Source: an uncultured Gemmatimonadales bacterium (GTDB lineage Bacteria; Gemmatimonadota; Gemmatimonadetes; Gemmatimonadales; Gemmatimonadaceae). From it: a stretch of DNA of 64,000 bases. The DNA lies in the NCBI GenBank assembly GCA_963850905.1, contig CAWKMU010000003.1, positions 3,296,001 to 3,360,000 on the forward strand. The letters are read 5' to 3'. Of this stretch, positions 11,377 to 21,624 are shown one piece after another. Made by a program: the position numbers and the translations under genes. The number at the start of each line of letters is the position of its first letter. Position 1 is the stretch's first letter. The notes beneath the pieces are model-generated. The model did no database searches and had not been told where the DNA came from. It worked only from the letters and a program-made list of their open reading frames with translations.

Positions 11377-13521
11377 CTCGCGCTCACATATATCCTATGC
11401 GTGATGGAATGGCGGCGCCGCGATGCGCGCGGCGAGGCTCCGCGGCATTCCTGGTGCTCATCTTCACGATCGCGTTGGCCGCATTGGCTGGATCCGCGGT
11501 GCTGTTGACGTCGGGCGGCAGCCTCGTTTCCAACTATCATGATCAGGAACGTGACCTGCGCTACGGGGCGGCGGCAGCGCTGCAGATCGGGATCAGCACG
11601 CTGGCCAACAATCCGTTCGCGGTACCGGAGACGGGCTATGTCCAGCTGGCCACGAGCTCGGCGATCCTGGCGGCGGACGGCACGCCCGTGCCGTCGGTGA
11701 CCTACGATCTGTTCGCTGGCCCCACGGGCGCAGCCTCGCAACAACACGGACGGTTCGTGACGTTGGTGGCGGTCGCCAAAGACACGACGCGACACCGGCA
11801 ATTTATTCGCCGGGTGGAGCTGAATCAGGAGACGTTCGCGCGCTTCGCGTATTTCTCCAACAGCGAGAACGGGATCTGCTTCGGATCGGGCGACCGACTG
11901 AGCGGACCGGTGTTCTCGAACGACGTCATCTCGACCTGTGGCGTGCCGCAGACCGCCGACTTCATGGACTCGGTGTGGACACCTCAGACGTTCGTGAATG
12001 GCAACCCTGGCGTTCGACACGCTCTACAAGGGATGGACCAAAGTGGCGGCGCCGCTGCAGATGCCCAATACCGCGGGACTGGCAGCCCTGTTCCCGATCG
12101 CTGCCTCCGGCAGCACGGAATTCTTCACGCCCAACGCCAACACCGATTCGACAGCAGCTGTACTGTCGCGGCTCGAGTTTGCAGCTTACGATCTCAACGG
12201 TGATGCGGACAGCGTCAATCCCGGCGAGGGATTCGTCAAGTTTTATCAGGTCGACGAATCGTCCAAGCCGCTGGTCCCGCCGCCGGTGGGTGTCTGGTCA
12301 CCCGCGCAGATCGATTCCGTCGCGGTGGGGTATCTCCGCTCTGGCATCAACCGCCAGCACGACGCGAACAACTGTGGGGAGTGGCGGTATGTCCAGGACG
12401 ACAACGGCAATCTGGAATGGGAGTTCTTCCCGATCGCCGCGCACCACACCGCCTGGTACAAGACGATCGTCGGAAGCGCGGTCGGCGGCGCCGTGCCGCC
12501 GGCCATCTCCGCGGCCAACGCCGCGGAAGTGACTGTCGTCGGCGCGTTCGCGCCGGCCGACACCGTGAGCATGACGTGGGTGGCAAAGAACCCTTCGCGC
12601 AATGGGTCCCTCACGGAGCCGCCCCAATGCTACCTGGGGGGCGATCCGCATCTCGTCGCGACGGAGCGTGACACGAGCGCCGCTGCGCCCCTGCGGACGG
12701 GTTCGCAATGGGGCGCTCAGAACTGGACCTACGGACGGCGCGGCGGCACCGACACCACGTTCACTGGCGGCGACGCCACCGATCCGACCCACCCGACGCG
12801 CATGGGGCATTGGCTCCCGTGGCCGGGGGCGACGCCCGCGGCATTCACCGCCCCGTTCAAGGCGAGCCATCCCGACTGGCGGTACCTGTTCCCGATCGAC
12901 ACGGTCTACAACCCGTCGTTCAAGACGGTGGTCGCAGCGCACGGCAGCGTCGGCGTGAGCGGCACGGTCAACGGTCGCGTGACCGTCTATTCTGACGGCA
13001 GCATCGCCGTCCTGGACAACCTGCGACTGACGAACGACGCGGATACGGCGTGCCTGCATCTGGCGGCCCTGCTCGCGGGGACCGACATCCTCGCGGCCGA
13101 CAACGGCATCAATGCACCAGCAGGCGACAACACCAGCCGCCTCAACATGCGTGGCGCCTCCAGTGACCTGTGGGTCGAGTCGACGGTGATGGCGCTGCAG
13201 TCCTGGGGCGCAGAGGGGTTGGTGAACGATCCAGGCGTGTTGTTCGTGCCCTTGCAACAGCCCTGCAACGGACAGAACTACGCTCGCGGATGCCTCCATG
13301 TGCAGGGCGGCATCATCCAGGCAACGCGCCACACGGTGAACGGGGGGAACGGAACGACGACGGGCTATGGGTACGCGAAGCAGTACGTCTTCGATGACTG
13401 CTCGGTGAACAACCCGCTGCCATACTTCCCGGCTACCGGGCGATTCACGATCAACGCGTACTACGAGAGCGACCCGGCGCACTTCAGCGTGAGCGCGCTT
13501 TTCGCCGCCTTGAAGCCGTAG
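11373..13521 (+). CDS. Large PilX/GspK-like pilin with long extracellular domain; one apparent +1 frameshift
   Basis: RRG|SAAFLVLIFTI lacking Glu5; YGAAAAL helix; GPVFSN motif; shift at about 11997-12010 joins the 11998..13521 ORF (about 715 aa). Confidence 0.75.
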
Positions 13522-13529
13522 ACTGGCCG

Positions 13530-13826
13530 CTACCCGCCCGCGATCGCGCCCACGACCAGGAACGGTTCTTCACCCAACGAGACCGCGTCAGGCACGTGCG
13601 CGTCCGGCGATTCGTTCGACAGATCCTGGCCGCAAGCGAAGAACCTGACAAAGGGCCTGCGCTGCTGCGTGACATGGTCGCGAATCGTGCCGCTCAGGAC
13701 CGGATAACGCGCTTCGATCGCGTCGACGATGGATCGCTGCGTCACCAGTCCCCGGACGTCGACCACGACCTCGTCACCTACCTGGGCGAGCCGTCGAAGG
13801 TGGAAGGGTAGTCCGACTCGAATCAT
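13530..13826 (-). CDS. MoaD/ThiS-family ubiquitin-like protein
   Basis: [14 protein letters not shown]...RPFVRFF...GAIAGG with C-terminal diglycine; ATGA overlap with the upstream gene. Confidence 0.9.
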   Translation of the reverse strand: MIRVGLPFHLRRLAQVGDEVVVDVRGLVTQRSIVDAIEARYPVLSGTIRDHVTQQRRPFVRFFACGQDLSNESPDAHVPDAVSLGEEPFLVVGAIAGG

Positions 13827-14938
13827 CGCAGTGTCTGGACCTCCACGGAGAGCACGGCCGGGAGATCCCGTACAACGGCCTTCCAGCTGTCTCCACCGTC
13901 GGCCGACACGTAGACCTGCCCCCCGGTGGTGCCGAAGTAGATGCCGCACTCATCCATGGCATCAACGGCCATAGCATCGCGCAGCACATTCACGAAGCAG
14001 TTCTGTTGCGGTAGCCCCTTCGTGAGCGCTTCCCATTCGTTGCCACCCGTGCGGCTTCGGTACACGCGCAGCTTGCCGTCGGGCGGGAAATGCTCCGAGT
14101 CACTCTTGATCGGCACGACGTAGATGGTCTCGGGCTCATGGGCGTGTACGTCGACGACGAACCCGAAGTCCGTCGGGAGGTTGCCGCTCACTTCGTACCA
14201 CGATCCGCCCGCGTTGTCAGTGCGCATGACATCCCAGTGCTTCTGCATGTACAACACGTCCGGGCGATCGCGGTGCTGCGCGATCCGGTGCACACAGTGG
14301 CCGACCTCTGCGGTCGGATCGGGGAGAAATGGGGAGTGAAGCCCCTGATTCATCGGTCGCCAGGAGTTGCCGGCATCATCGCTCCGAAAGACGCCTGCGG
14401 CCGAGATCGCGACGAACATGCGGTCGTGATACTTCGGGTCGAGAAGAATGGTGTGCAGCCCCATTCCACCCGCCCCTGGCTGCCAGCGCGGCCCCGAGTC
14501 GTGACACCGGAGTCCCGCGAGCTCGTGCCACGTCTGCCCACCATCAGTGGTGCGGAAGAGTGCCGCATCCTCAACGCCGGCGTACACCGTGTCCGGGTCG
14601 TTCAGTGCCGGCTCGAGATGCCAGACCCGCTTGAACTCCCACGGGTGGGGCTTGCCGTCATACCACAAATGCGTGCCCGGCGTCCCGTCGTAGAGGAACT
14701 TGTTCCCGACAGTCTCCCAGTTCTTGCCACCGTCGTTTGACCGTTGGACGATCTGACCGAACCAACCGCTGGTCTGCAATGCGTACAAACGGTCCGGGTC
14801 GGCCGGCGAGCCCTTCACATGGTAGATCTCCCAGCCGCCGAAGTGCGGACCGTCCACCTTCCATTTCGAGCGTGCGCTATCCGAGGTCAGGGTGAATGCG
14901 CCCTTTCGCGTGCCGACCAACACTCGAACTCTGCTCAT
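13823..14938 (-). CDS. BNR/Asp-box beta-propeller (exo-alpha-sialidase-like) protein
   Basis: Repeated SxDGGxxW boxes ([35 protein letters not shown]); N-terminal LVGTRKGAF; no signal peptide. Confidence 0.9.
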   Translation of the reverse strand: MSRVRVLVGTRKGAFTLTSDSARSKWKVDGPHFGGWEIYHVKGSPADPDRLYALQTSGWFGQIVQRSNDGGKNWETVGNKFLYDGTPGTHLWYDGKPHPWEFKRVWHLEPALNDPDTVYAGVEDAALFRTTDGGQTWHELAGLRCHDSGPRWQPGAGGMGLHTILLDPKYHDRMFVAISAAGVFRSDDAGNSWRPMNQGLHSPFLPDPTAEVGHCVHRIAQHRDRPDVLYMQKHWDVMRTDNAGGSWYEVSGNLPTDFGFVVDVHAHEPETIYVVPIKSDSEHFPPDGKLRVYRSRTGGNEWEALTKGLPQQNCFVNVLRDAMAVDAMDECGIYFGTTGGQVYVSADGGDSWKAVVRDLPAVLSVEVQTLR

Positions 14939-15065
14939 CCTGTGGACCTCATGATGTTGGCATCCAGGTCACTCAAACCTAGCAGCCACTCAGACCGTCA
15001 GCAGGAGCGCGGTCTCCCAGCGGCGGTCTATCGCGTGCGCGATTGCGCTCCTTGTACGACGATCG

Positions 15066-15884
15066 TTACCTGCATGCGCTCTCGAGTTGCGTGACCACCA
15101 CCGGGATCCCATCCAGATCGAACACGAAGATGGAGGGCGGGGCAGGTCGTGGCCGCACAACCTCGAGCGCGAGACGGGAGGAGCCGCCCAGCGTGCGAAC
15201 GAACGCGCGAACGTCGCGTTGGTCGCCGGCGAATACAAGCGTCGTGCTGTCGTGCCCGAGCAGCCAGCGTTCCCTCTGGGGCGGACCGGCTCCCAACCGC
15301 ACGATCACTGCATGAGAGTGGCCGCGCCCCAGCGATTGCTGCCCCTCGAGCAATGCCTCGAGTACTCCCTTGCGACAGCGGAGCGCGAAGTCGGCGTGCG
15401 ACGACCCCGCGACGTCGACTGGCGCGAGAACGAACCCGACGTCCTTCTGGCCACTTAGGCGGTGTGCCTCAATGAGTCCGTGCCAATCGCCAACTACAAT
15501 GGGAATGCTATCGGCGGCGTCGAGGCGCTCGACTGGCCTCGGCGGACCAGCGTGCATGAACGGCGACTCGAGGTGTTGGAATGACAGCACGCGCGCAGTG
15601 TCGTAGCTCGTTGGCGCCGGGATACCCGAGATCTGGCAGCCGGGAATCGTTGTAGCCATGTACGGGAAATCGGAATAGCTCGGGCAGCCCGCTGGCCACC
15701 TTCGGCCGGACCTCGCGTCAAGGGAATCGATCCAGTGCCTGGTCGCCCTGAGGACCGAGTCCGCTACGCCGCCCTGCGCACGAGCCGCGTCGAAAGGCGC
15801 GAGCACGAGGCCGGCACCGATGACCGTCGCCTTGGCCAGGACCATCGCCCTACCGGCGCGCCGTCCGCCATCGTTGCGTCGCAT
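15066..15884 (-). CDS. Hypothetical secreted protein
   Basis: 272-aa ORF with signal-like segment ending AARA-Q; no family recognised. Confidence 0.55.
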   Translation of the reverse strand: MRRNDGGRRAGRAMVLAKATVIGAGLVLAPFDAARAQGGVADSVLRATRHWIDSLDARSGRRWPAGCPSYSDFPYMATTIPGCQISGIPAPTSYDTARVLSFQHLESPFMHAGPPRPVERLDAADSIPIVVGDWHGLIEAHRLSGQKDVGFVLAPVDVAGSSHADFALRCRKGVLEALLEGQQSLGRGHSHAVIVRLGAGPPQRERWLLGHDSTTLVFAGDQRDVRAFVRTLGGSSRLALEVVRPRPAPPSIFVFDLDGIPVVVTQLESACR

Positions 15885-16045
15885 TCTTCCGCATCATACC
15901 ATCGGACCCCTGAACGGGTCCACGGGCGGCGACGACCGAACTCTGGACGCTAAGACGCTGGAGACCAAACCTGGACGCCAGCTGGCTGCGACCTGGCAGG
16001 CATATCCGCCCCCAATTGGACGAGGTCCTCAATGGAAATGCCAGC

Positions 16046-16954
16046 TCAGAACCACAGGAATTGATACGCCAGGCCAAACGTCGAGAAATTCGACCCCACT
16101 CTCGCGGTTGCACCCTTGCTGTAACTGGCCTTGATCGATTGCGCCGCGGTGATCTTGAACGAGGCCAGCGCACCGACGCGGGAGTTGTCCTGCCGGCCGA
16201 CCTGGGGCCCGCCATTCGTGCTCGTCGCGCCGCCGCTGTACCAGGTGCCATCGAGCGCCGCCCAGATCCGTGTACCGAAGGTGTAGCTCACGTGCAGTTG
16301 CAGCGACGCCATCGGTTGCTGGGAAGACACCGACGATCCCGGATAGAAGTGCGTGTTACTGGTGAAGAGCCAGACGCCGGTATAGAAATCAATGTACAGC
16401 TTCCGGCCGACAATGTACGACACGCCGAGCTCCGGCTTGAACGCCCAGCGGTTTGTGCCGATGTTGATGACTTTTGCCGGGTAGTACTGCCCCGTTGGGA
16501 CGTTGATGAGGAGGCTCGCGCCGAAAATGAATCGGCGCGGGGGCGTCGAGGCGAACGCCTGCGGGGTCAGCGCGGGACTGCCGATGATGTCCAGCGAGGG
16601 CTTGATCTGCAGATCTCCCAGTCCGGAACGCGTCACCAAGCTGTCATTCGCGCCGACCATTCCCGTGAGAATCCCCCAAGCATAGGGGATACTGGCGGTC
16701 ACGAGCCCCTGCATGCCAGCGATCCCGAACGTGCGTCCATAGCCAAAGACGATCCCATTGATGTCGGCGTGCGCGTTCGTAACCGGCAGCGACGGATCGA
16801 ATAGAACCCCGCCGGTGCTGTAAGCATAGCCGAGTCCCGCGAAATTGACGCCGACCGGCGAGGGAGAGTAGGCGCGAGGCTCCAGCTGTTGACCGCGCGC
16901 GGCGGACGGCACAACCGCAATGACTGCCAGGGCAAAGCCGACTCGGCGCCTCAT
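16046..16954 (-). CDS. SphA/MetA-pathway-type outer-membrane 'transporter' beta-barrel
   Basis: Signal peptide, QQLEPRAYSPSPVG, PTGQY..INIGTNRWAFKPELG, C-terminal aromatic YQFLWF. Confidence 0.85.
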   Translation of the reverse strand: MRRRVGFALAVIAVVPSAARGQQLEPRAYSPSPVGVNFAGLGYAYSTGGVLFDPSLPVTNAHADINGIVFGYGRTFGIAGMQGLVTASIPYAWGILTGMVGANDSLVTRSGLGDLQIKPSLDIIGSPALTPQAFASTPPRRFIFGASLLINVPTGQYYPAKVINIGTNRWAFKPELGVSYIVGRKLYIDFYTGVWLFTSNTHFYPGSSVSSQQPMASLQLHVSYTFGTRIWAALDGTWYSGGATSTNGGPQVGRQDNSRVGALASFKITAAQSIKASYSKGATARVGSNFSTFGLAYQFLWF

Positions 16955-17675
16955 GGCTCCCCACTCCTGAGCACGGCAACCGCCGACACGTCAATAACGA
17001 CGGCGCGGGAGGGTGACGGTGAGGCACGTGCCCATCATACCAATGGAACCATCCGCTGAGAGGCCACGCCATCAGCCTAAGGAATCGATTGTCCCCGGGA
17101 CTGCGCAGTCGTCGGTCGTGGCTAGCACGGCAGTATCGGCCATGTCGTCAAGGGGCCGGAGCTTGCACACAGGGGCGACCGGCGAAAGGAGCGGTCCGAC
17201 ACACGCGGAAATCGAGCGGCCAGCCGGGTCGAGACCGCCAGGAGTGCCTGCCGTACCGGCTGGCGCCGCGGAGTCGTTGAAGGCACCGATTCGAGATTCC
17301 CCCGGACGTCCCGAGAGCGGCGTGATCTCAAGCGCGAAGCCCACACCGGTTCGCAGCTGACTTCGGGCGACAACGGCGTTTGACCGAGCGTGAAGAGGTG
17401 AATCACCCGGGAACCACGCACGGCCGACCACGTCACCGCCTTCATCGCACCCATGTCCGCCGACGCCGAAAACGCGCCATCCCCGACGCCGGTTTCCACC
17501 GTCGTCTTGTGAGAGCAGGCACCCGTGAGGCCCCGTTTCGTCGCCGCGTGCCATAAGCGCCATCTATGCTCTCCTTCCAAACAAAGTATTGGAGGCGCAA
17601 TCACTAGCCGACTAGCGTCTACTCCGCAGGGCGCTCCGTCGGATCATCGCCTGTTTCACGCACCGGAGGTTCACC

Positions 17676-18161
17676 ATGACACCGCGCAAACTCCCTGGCT
17701 CACACATCCGCTCGGCTATCGTGCTCGCCGCGGGCATGGGGCTAGTCGTGAGCCTCATGCCAATGTCCGTATCCGCGCAACAAACGCACGACTCGAGTGG
17801 GAAGAAGGTCGTCATCAACAAGAACGTCGGACAGGCAAGTCCTCAGGTGCTGCAGAGCAGTGTAAACAACGAAGCGCTCAATCCTCAGCCGCTTCCGCCC
17901 AAGCTATCACCGCCAATAAACCAAACGGTGAAGGTGAACTCGTTTGGCTTCCCGGCTGCGACGCAGCCCGGGACCAGCGGCAAGACCAACTCCGCCGGCC
18001 TGCCGCCGGTTAGCGGCATCACGTCACTTCCGCCAGGTGTCACGATCCCTCGGGATACCGGATCAAAGAAGCAGAACGGGAACAACGGGAAGCTGAACCC
18101 CTGCGTCCCTAAGGGGTTCGATGTCACCACAACCGGGACCCCCTGTAAGGGCACCCCATAG
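17676..18161 (+). CDS. Small secreted low-complexity protein with ALNPQPLPP motif
   Basis: GGAGG RBS, signal peptide (VSA-QQ), Pro/Gly/Asn-rich body, C-terminal Cys pair. Confidence 0.7.
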   Translation: MTPRKLPGSHIRSAIVLAAGMGLVVSLMPMSVSAQQTHDSSGKKVVINKNVGQASPQVLQSSVNNEALNPQPLPPKLSPPINQTVKVNSFGFPAATQPGTSGKTNSAGLPPVSGITSLPPGVTIPRDTGSKKQNGNNGKLNPCVPKGFDVTTTGTPCKGTP

Positions 18162-18440
18162 CTGGAAAACCCGGCGAGTCGTTTGGGCTGGCCGACTCCA
18201 ACGAGTCCGCGCTTCGCGCCAACCTCCTGTCACTGCCGGGCGACACGAACGCGACCGTGGCAAGCGACCAGAACGTGGAGCGTTATCCCCGACGTCTGGA
18301 CCGAGGACATGTGCCTTTCTGGCCCAACCGGGCCAGGCCGATATCTAGAGCGTTCTCCCTTACGATTATGGCACAAACATTGAGGCGGGCAGCCTTCGCG
18401 CCGCTGCGCCAAAACAACAACAGCTAGGGAGACAGCTCAC

Positions 18441-19502
18441 GTGTCCAAAGAAATCGATCGTCGCCGGTTCGTTAGCGCTGCGGCTACCGGCGCCGCGGCA
18501 ATCGCCATTGCGCCGGCCGACCTCTTTGCGGCCGGCGTTGCCGCGGAGCAACCCACCGCAATCCCGTCATCCAGGGATGCGACCGCAGTGTCGGCACCTC
18601 AGGCGCCGTTCGGCCCGCTCAAGCAGATCGATGCTGGCCTGCTGAACATTGGCTACGCGGAAGCTGGGCCCGCCAACGGTCGTGCGGTAATTCTACTGCA
18701 CGGCTGGCCCTACGACATCCACAGTTTCGTCGACGTTGCTCCATTGTTGGCTTCGGCAGGCCACAGGGTCATCGTCCCCTATCTGCGCGGCTACGGTACG
18801 ACGCGTTTCCTCTCCAGCGAAACGATGCGGAACGCCCAGCAGTCGGCCGTTGCCCTCGACATCATCGCTCTGATGGATGCGCTCAAGATCCAGACGGCTA
18901 CCGTCGCCGGCTTTGATTGGGGCGCGCGCACGGCGGATGTCATGGCAACACTCTGGCCGGAACGCTGCAAGGCGATCGTTTCCGTCAGCGGCTATCTGAT
19001 CAGCACCCCCGCGGGCAACCAGCAGCCGTTACCACCCGAGCCTGCGTTCCTGTTTTGGTACCAGTACTACTTCGCTACCCCAGTCGGCAAGGCCGGCTAT
19101 GCGAAATATCTCGACCAGTTCAATAAGTTCATCTGGCACCAGGCTTCGCCAAAGTGGAATTTCGACGACGCGACGTACGACCGCACGGCAGCGTCCTTCA
19201 ACAACCCCGATCACGTTGACATCGTGATGCATGACTATCGCTGGCGGCTTGGTTTGGCCGACGGCGAACGGAAATATGACGACCTGGAAAAGCGGCTCGC
19301 CCCACTTCCTCCCATCACCGTGCCCGCGATCACCATGGAAGGCGACGCCAACGGTGCAATCCACGCGCCCAGCACGGCGTATCGGAACAAGTTCTCGGGC
19401 AAATATGAGTACCGCCTCATCACCGGCGGCGTCGGCCACAACCTGCCGCAGGAAGCTCCGCAAGCCTTCGCCAAGGCGGTGATCGACGTTGAGGCTCTTT
19501 GA
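18441..19502 (+). CDS. Tat-exported alpha/beta hydrolase (epoxide hydrolase-like)
   Basis: DRRRFV Tat motif; HGWP, GFDWGA nucleophile Asp, GHNLPQEAP. Confidence 0.92.
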   Translation: MSKEIDRRRFVSAAATGAAAIAIAPADLFAAGVAAEQPTAIPSSRDATAVSAPQAPFGPLKQIDAGLLNIGYAEAGPANGRAVILLHGWPYDIHSFVDVAPLLASAGHRVIVPYLRGYGTTRFLSSETMRNAQQSAVALDIIALMDALKIQTATVAGFDWGARTADVMATLWPERCKAIVSVSGYLISTPAGNQQPLPPEPAFLFWYQYYFATPVGKAGYAKYLDQFNKFIWHQASPKWNFDDATYDRTAASFNNPDHVDIVMHDYRWRLGLADGERKYDDLEKRLAPLPPITVPAITMEGDANGAIHAPSTAYRNKFSGKYEYRLITGGVGHNLPQEAPQAFAKAVIDVEAL

Positions 19503-19534
19503 TCGGTGTGCGCGTGATTCGCCGAGCGTTCACC

Positions 19535-19981
19535 CTACGTGAGATCGGTGCTCTGTCCGACCTCGATGATATAACCGTCAGGATCGCGGATGTAGCAGCG
19601 AATCTCGCCGTACTTGGCGATCGGCTCCGTCAGAAACTCGGCTCCTCGGCTTTTCCATAGTTCATAGCACGCCTGTATATCCGCGACGCGGATATTCATA
19701 AAGCTGCTGATCGTATCCGGGTCGGCCGGGACGCTGAGCGTTACTGTCGGCTTGTCCGGGGTGGGCCCGCCCCCGACGTTGACAATGAGCCACGTATTCG
19801 CGATCTGAATGTGCCCAGACGCACCCTTGCTATCGCCTCTGCTCTGAATGCGGCCGCTGAAGACCCTTTCATAGAAATCGGCCGACCGGTCGATGTCGGC
19901 GACGGTGATGAAATGTGTGACGGTGAACCCGTCGCGCGGGGGCATCTCATAGCTCTTCTGTTGGATTTGTACGCTGCTCAT
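19535..19981 (-). CDS. VOC/glyoxalase family protein (copy 1)
   Basis: VADIDRSADFY; CYIRDPDGYIIEVGQ. Confidence 0.9.
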   Translation of the reverse strand: MSSVQIQQKSYEMPPRDGFTVTHFITVADIDRSADFYERVFSGRIQSRGDSKGASGHIQIANTWLIVNVGGGPTPDKPTVTLSVPADPDTISSFMNIRVADIQACYELWKSRGAEFLTEPIAKYGEIRCYIRDPDGYIIEVGQSTDLT

Positions 19982-20043
19982 TGACGACCCCTCTCAAGAC
20001 AGTGCTCATCCACTGATGCTAGTTCGCTCGTAAGTCGATCCAT
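19978..20043 (-). CDS. Putative 21-aa leader/small ORF coupled to VOC copy 1
   Basis: AAAGGAG RBS 7 nt before ATG; MDRLTSELASVDEHCLERGRQ*; stop overlaps the VOC start (ATGA). Confidence 0.35.
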   Translation of the reverse strand: MDRLTSELASVDEHCLERGRQ

Positions 20044-20145
20044 TCTGGTACTCCTTTCAATGGCAGAGCAAGTGACGGTTCAAGGCAAAGATTGGCCGAA
20101 GCGCGACAACGAGGCACGGAGTCGGCATCCTATCCGCGCCAAGCG

Positions 20146-20596
20146 TTAACCGTACGTGAGATCGGTGCTCTGTCCGACCTCGATGATATAACCGTCAGGA
20201 TCGCGGATGTAGCAGCGAATCTCGCCGTACTTGGGAATCGGCTCCGTGAGAAACTCGGCTCCTCGACTTTTCCATAGTGTGTAGCACGCTTGAATATCCG
20301 CGACGCGGATATTCATAAAACTGTTGATTTTATCCGGGTCGGGCACGCGGAGCGTTACCGACGGCTTATCGGGGGTCGGCCCGCCCCCGACGTTGACGAG
20401 GAGCCACATATTGGCGATCTGAATGTACCCGGGCGCGCCGCTGCTATCGCCTCTGCTCAGAATCCGACCGCCGAAGACCGTTTCATAGAAGCGAGCCGAT
20501 CGGTCGATATCGGCGACCGTGAGAAAATATGCGACGGTGAACCCGTCGCGCGGGGGCATTCTCATAGCTCTTCTGTTCGACTTGTACGGCGTTCAC
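20146..20596 (-). CDS. VOC/glyoxalase family protein (copy 2); apparent +1 frameshift near the 5' end
   Basis: Closely similar to copy 1. AAAAGGAG RBS then GTG 20596 (MNAVQVEQKSYE) is out of frame by one extra base at about 20559 relative to copy 1. Confidence 0.88.
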
Positions 20597-20894
20597 TGAT
20601 GGCTCCTTTTGATATGGTGCGCGGAAGCGCTTCGTTCTTCGAGTGGTAAAGATACGACGGGCTGATCACCATGAATCACATGGTCGCCTTGACTGCCGGC
20701 GTTAAGGTCGTCGGCGCGCGAACCCGGAGGCGAAGCGTTTAGCTCGTTCCTGCGCTCCGACCTAACTGCGGGTTAACAGGCGGACGGGATCGATGATCAC
20801 GGTCCAGCTGCTTGCCACGTGAGCTGCGATCTGCACGACGTGCGCGCGGCAATGGCACGGTCCGTCACGTAACGGCGTTTTGAGCTCTCAGAAA

Positions 20895-21269
20895 CTATGG
20901 CTCATGGATATCCAAGCGCCTTCTTCCAAAGAGCCGCGCATCAATAGACGTGGAACCTGGTCCGAGAGCAGCTAGCGCAAGGCCCACCGCTCCTAACAGA
21001 ATGGAGCTCCGTACGTCCGCGGTTGCAAGAAACAGGACGCAAAGCTCAACGAGAGTGACAAGCACCCCGGCGACCGGTGTCCACAATCCCAGTAGAAGCA
21101 GCGTGCCAGCTCCAAACGCGACAGACCGTAAGAAGATCGTTTGCAGATCAGGCCTTAGCTGAAGCGCGATGGCTCCGTCATGAATCAACAGGATACCAGC
21201 GGCCATCCTCAGCAGGAGCAGGGCCAGACCTGGCCATCCGTTCGGGAACATGGAGAATAGGCGCTGCAG
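20895..21269 (-). CDS. DoxX-like small membrane protein
   Basis: QRLFSMFPNGWPGLALLLLR...GLWTP...GPGSTSIDARLFGRR. Probable CTG start at 21269 after AGAGGA; alternative GTG 21305. Confidence 0.75.
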   Translation of the reverse strand: MQRLFSMFPNGWPGLALLLLRMAAGILLIHDGAIALQLRPDLQTIFLRSVAFGAGTLLLLGLWTPVAGVLVTLVELCVLFLATADVRSSILLGAVGLALAALGPGSTSIDARLFGRRRLDIHEP

Positions 21270-21624
21270 AGCAGTGAATCCTCTGTTTCGGCGCGTAACT
21301 GCCACGCCTCAGTAAGCTGCGCTTCTTGACACCGTTCGCGGTCTGGGAGTTATCAATCAGTGTACGCGGCGGCGCGCAGCAGTCGATAGCCCCCAAAAGG
21401 GTTGGTCTCAAGCAACCATCTCGAGGGAGGCGTGCAGACTGCAAAGAGCCATCGTTGTTTACCGCTGCGTCTCAACAGCCTTCGGAATAGAGGGGCGGAG
21501 GACAACCTGGTTGACGAACCGTCACTCCGATAGCATTTCGATCTATGGCCCTGATGAATTCCGTTGCAGGGGTTCCCGAAAGCGACTAAGCCGACCTTCT
21601 GACGACGGGAGGCAATCGTCAAGT

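Noticed and set aside
17072..17604. Overlapping minus-strand ORFs (163/160 aa), one with an RBS-like AAGGAG
   Set aside because: No recognisable domain and the frames conflict; may be a gene remnant but cannot be supported.
20700..20768. Imperfect inverted repeat GTTAAGGTCG...CGACCTAAC
   Set aside because: Orientation is opposite to attC and pairing is weak; no function supportable.
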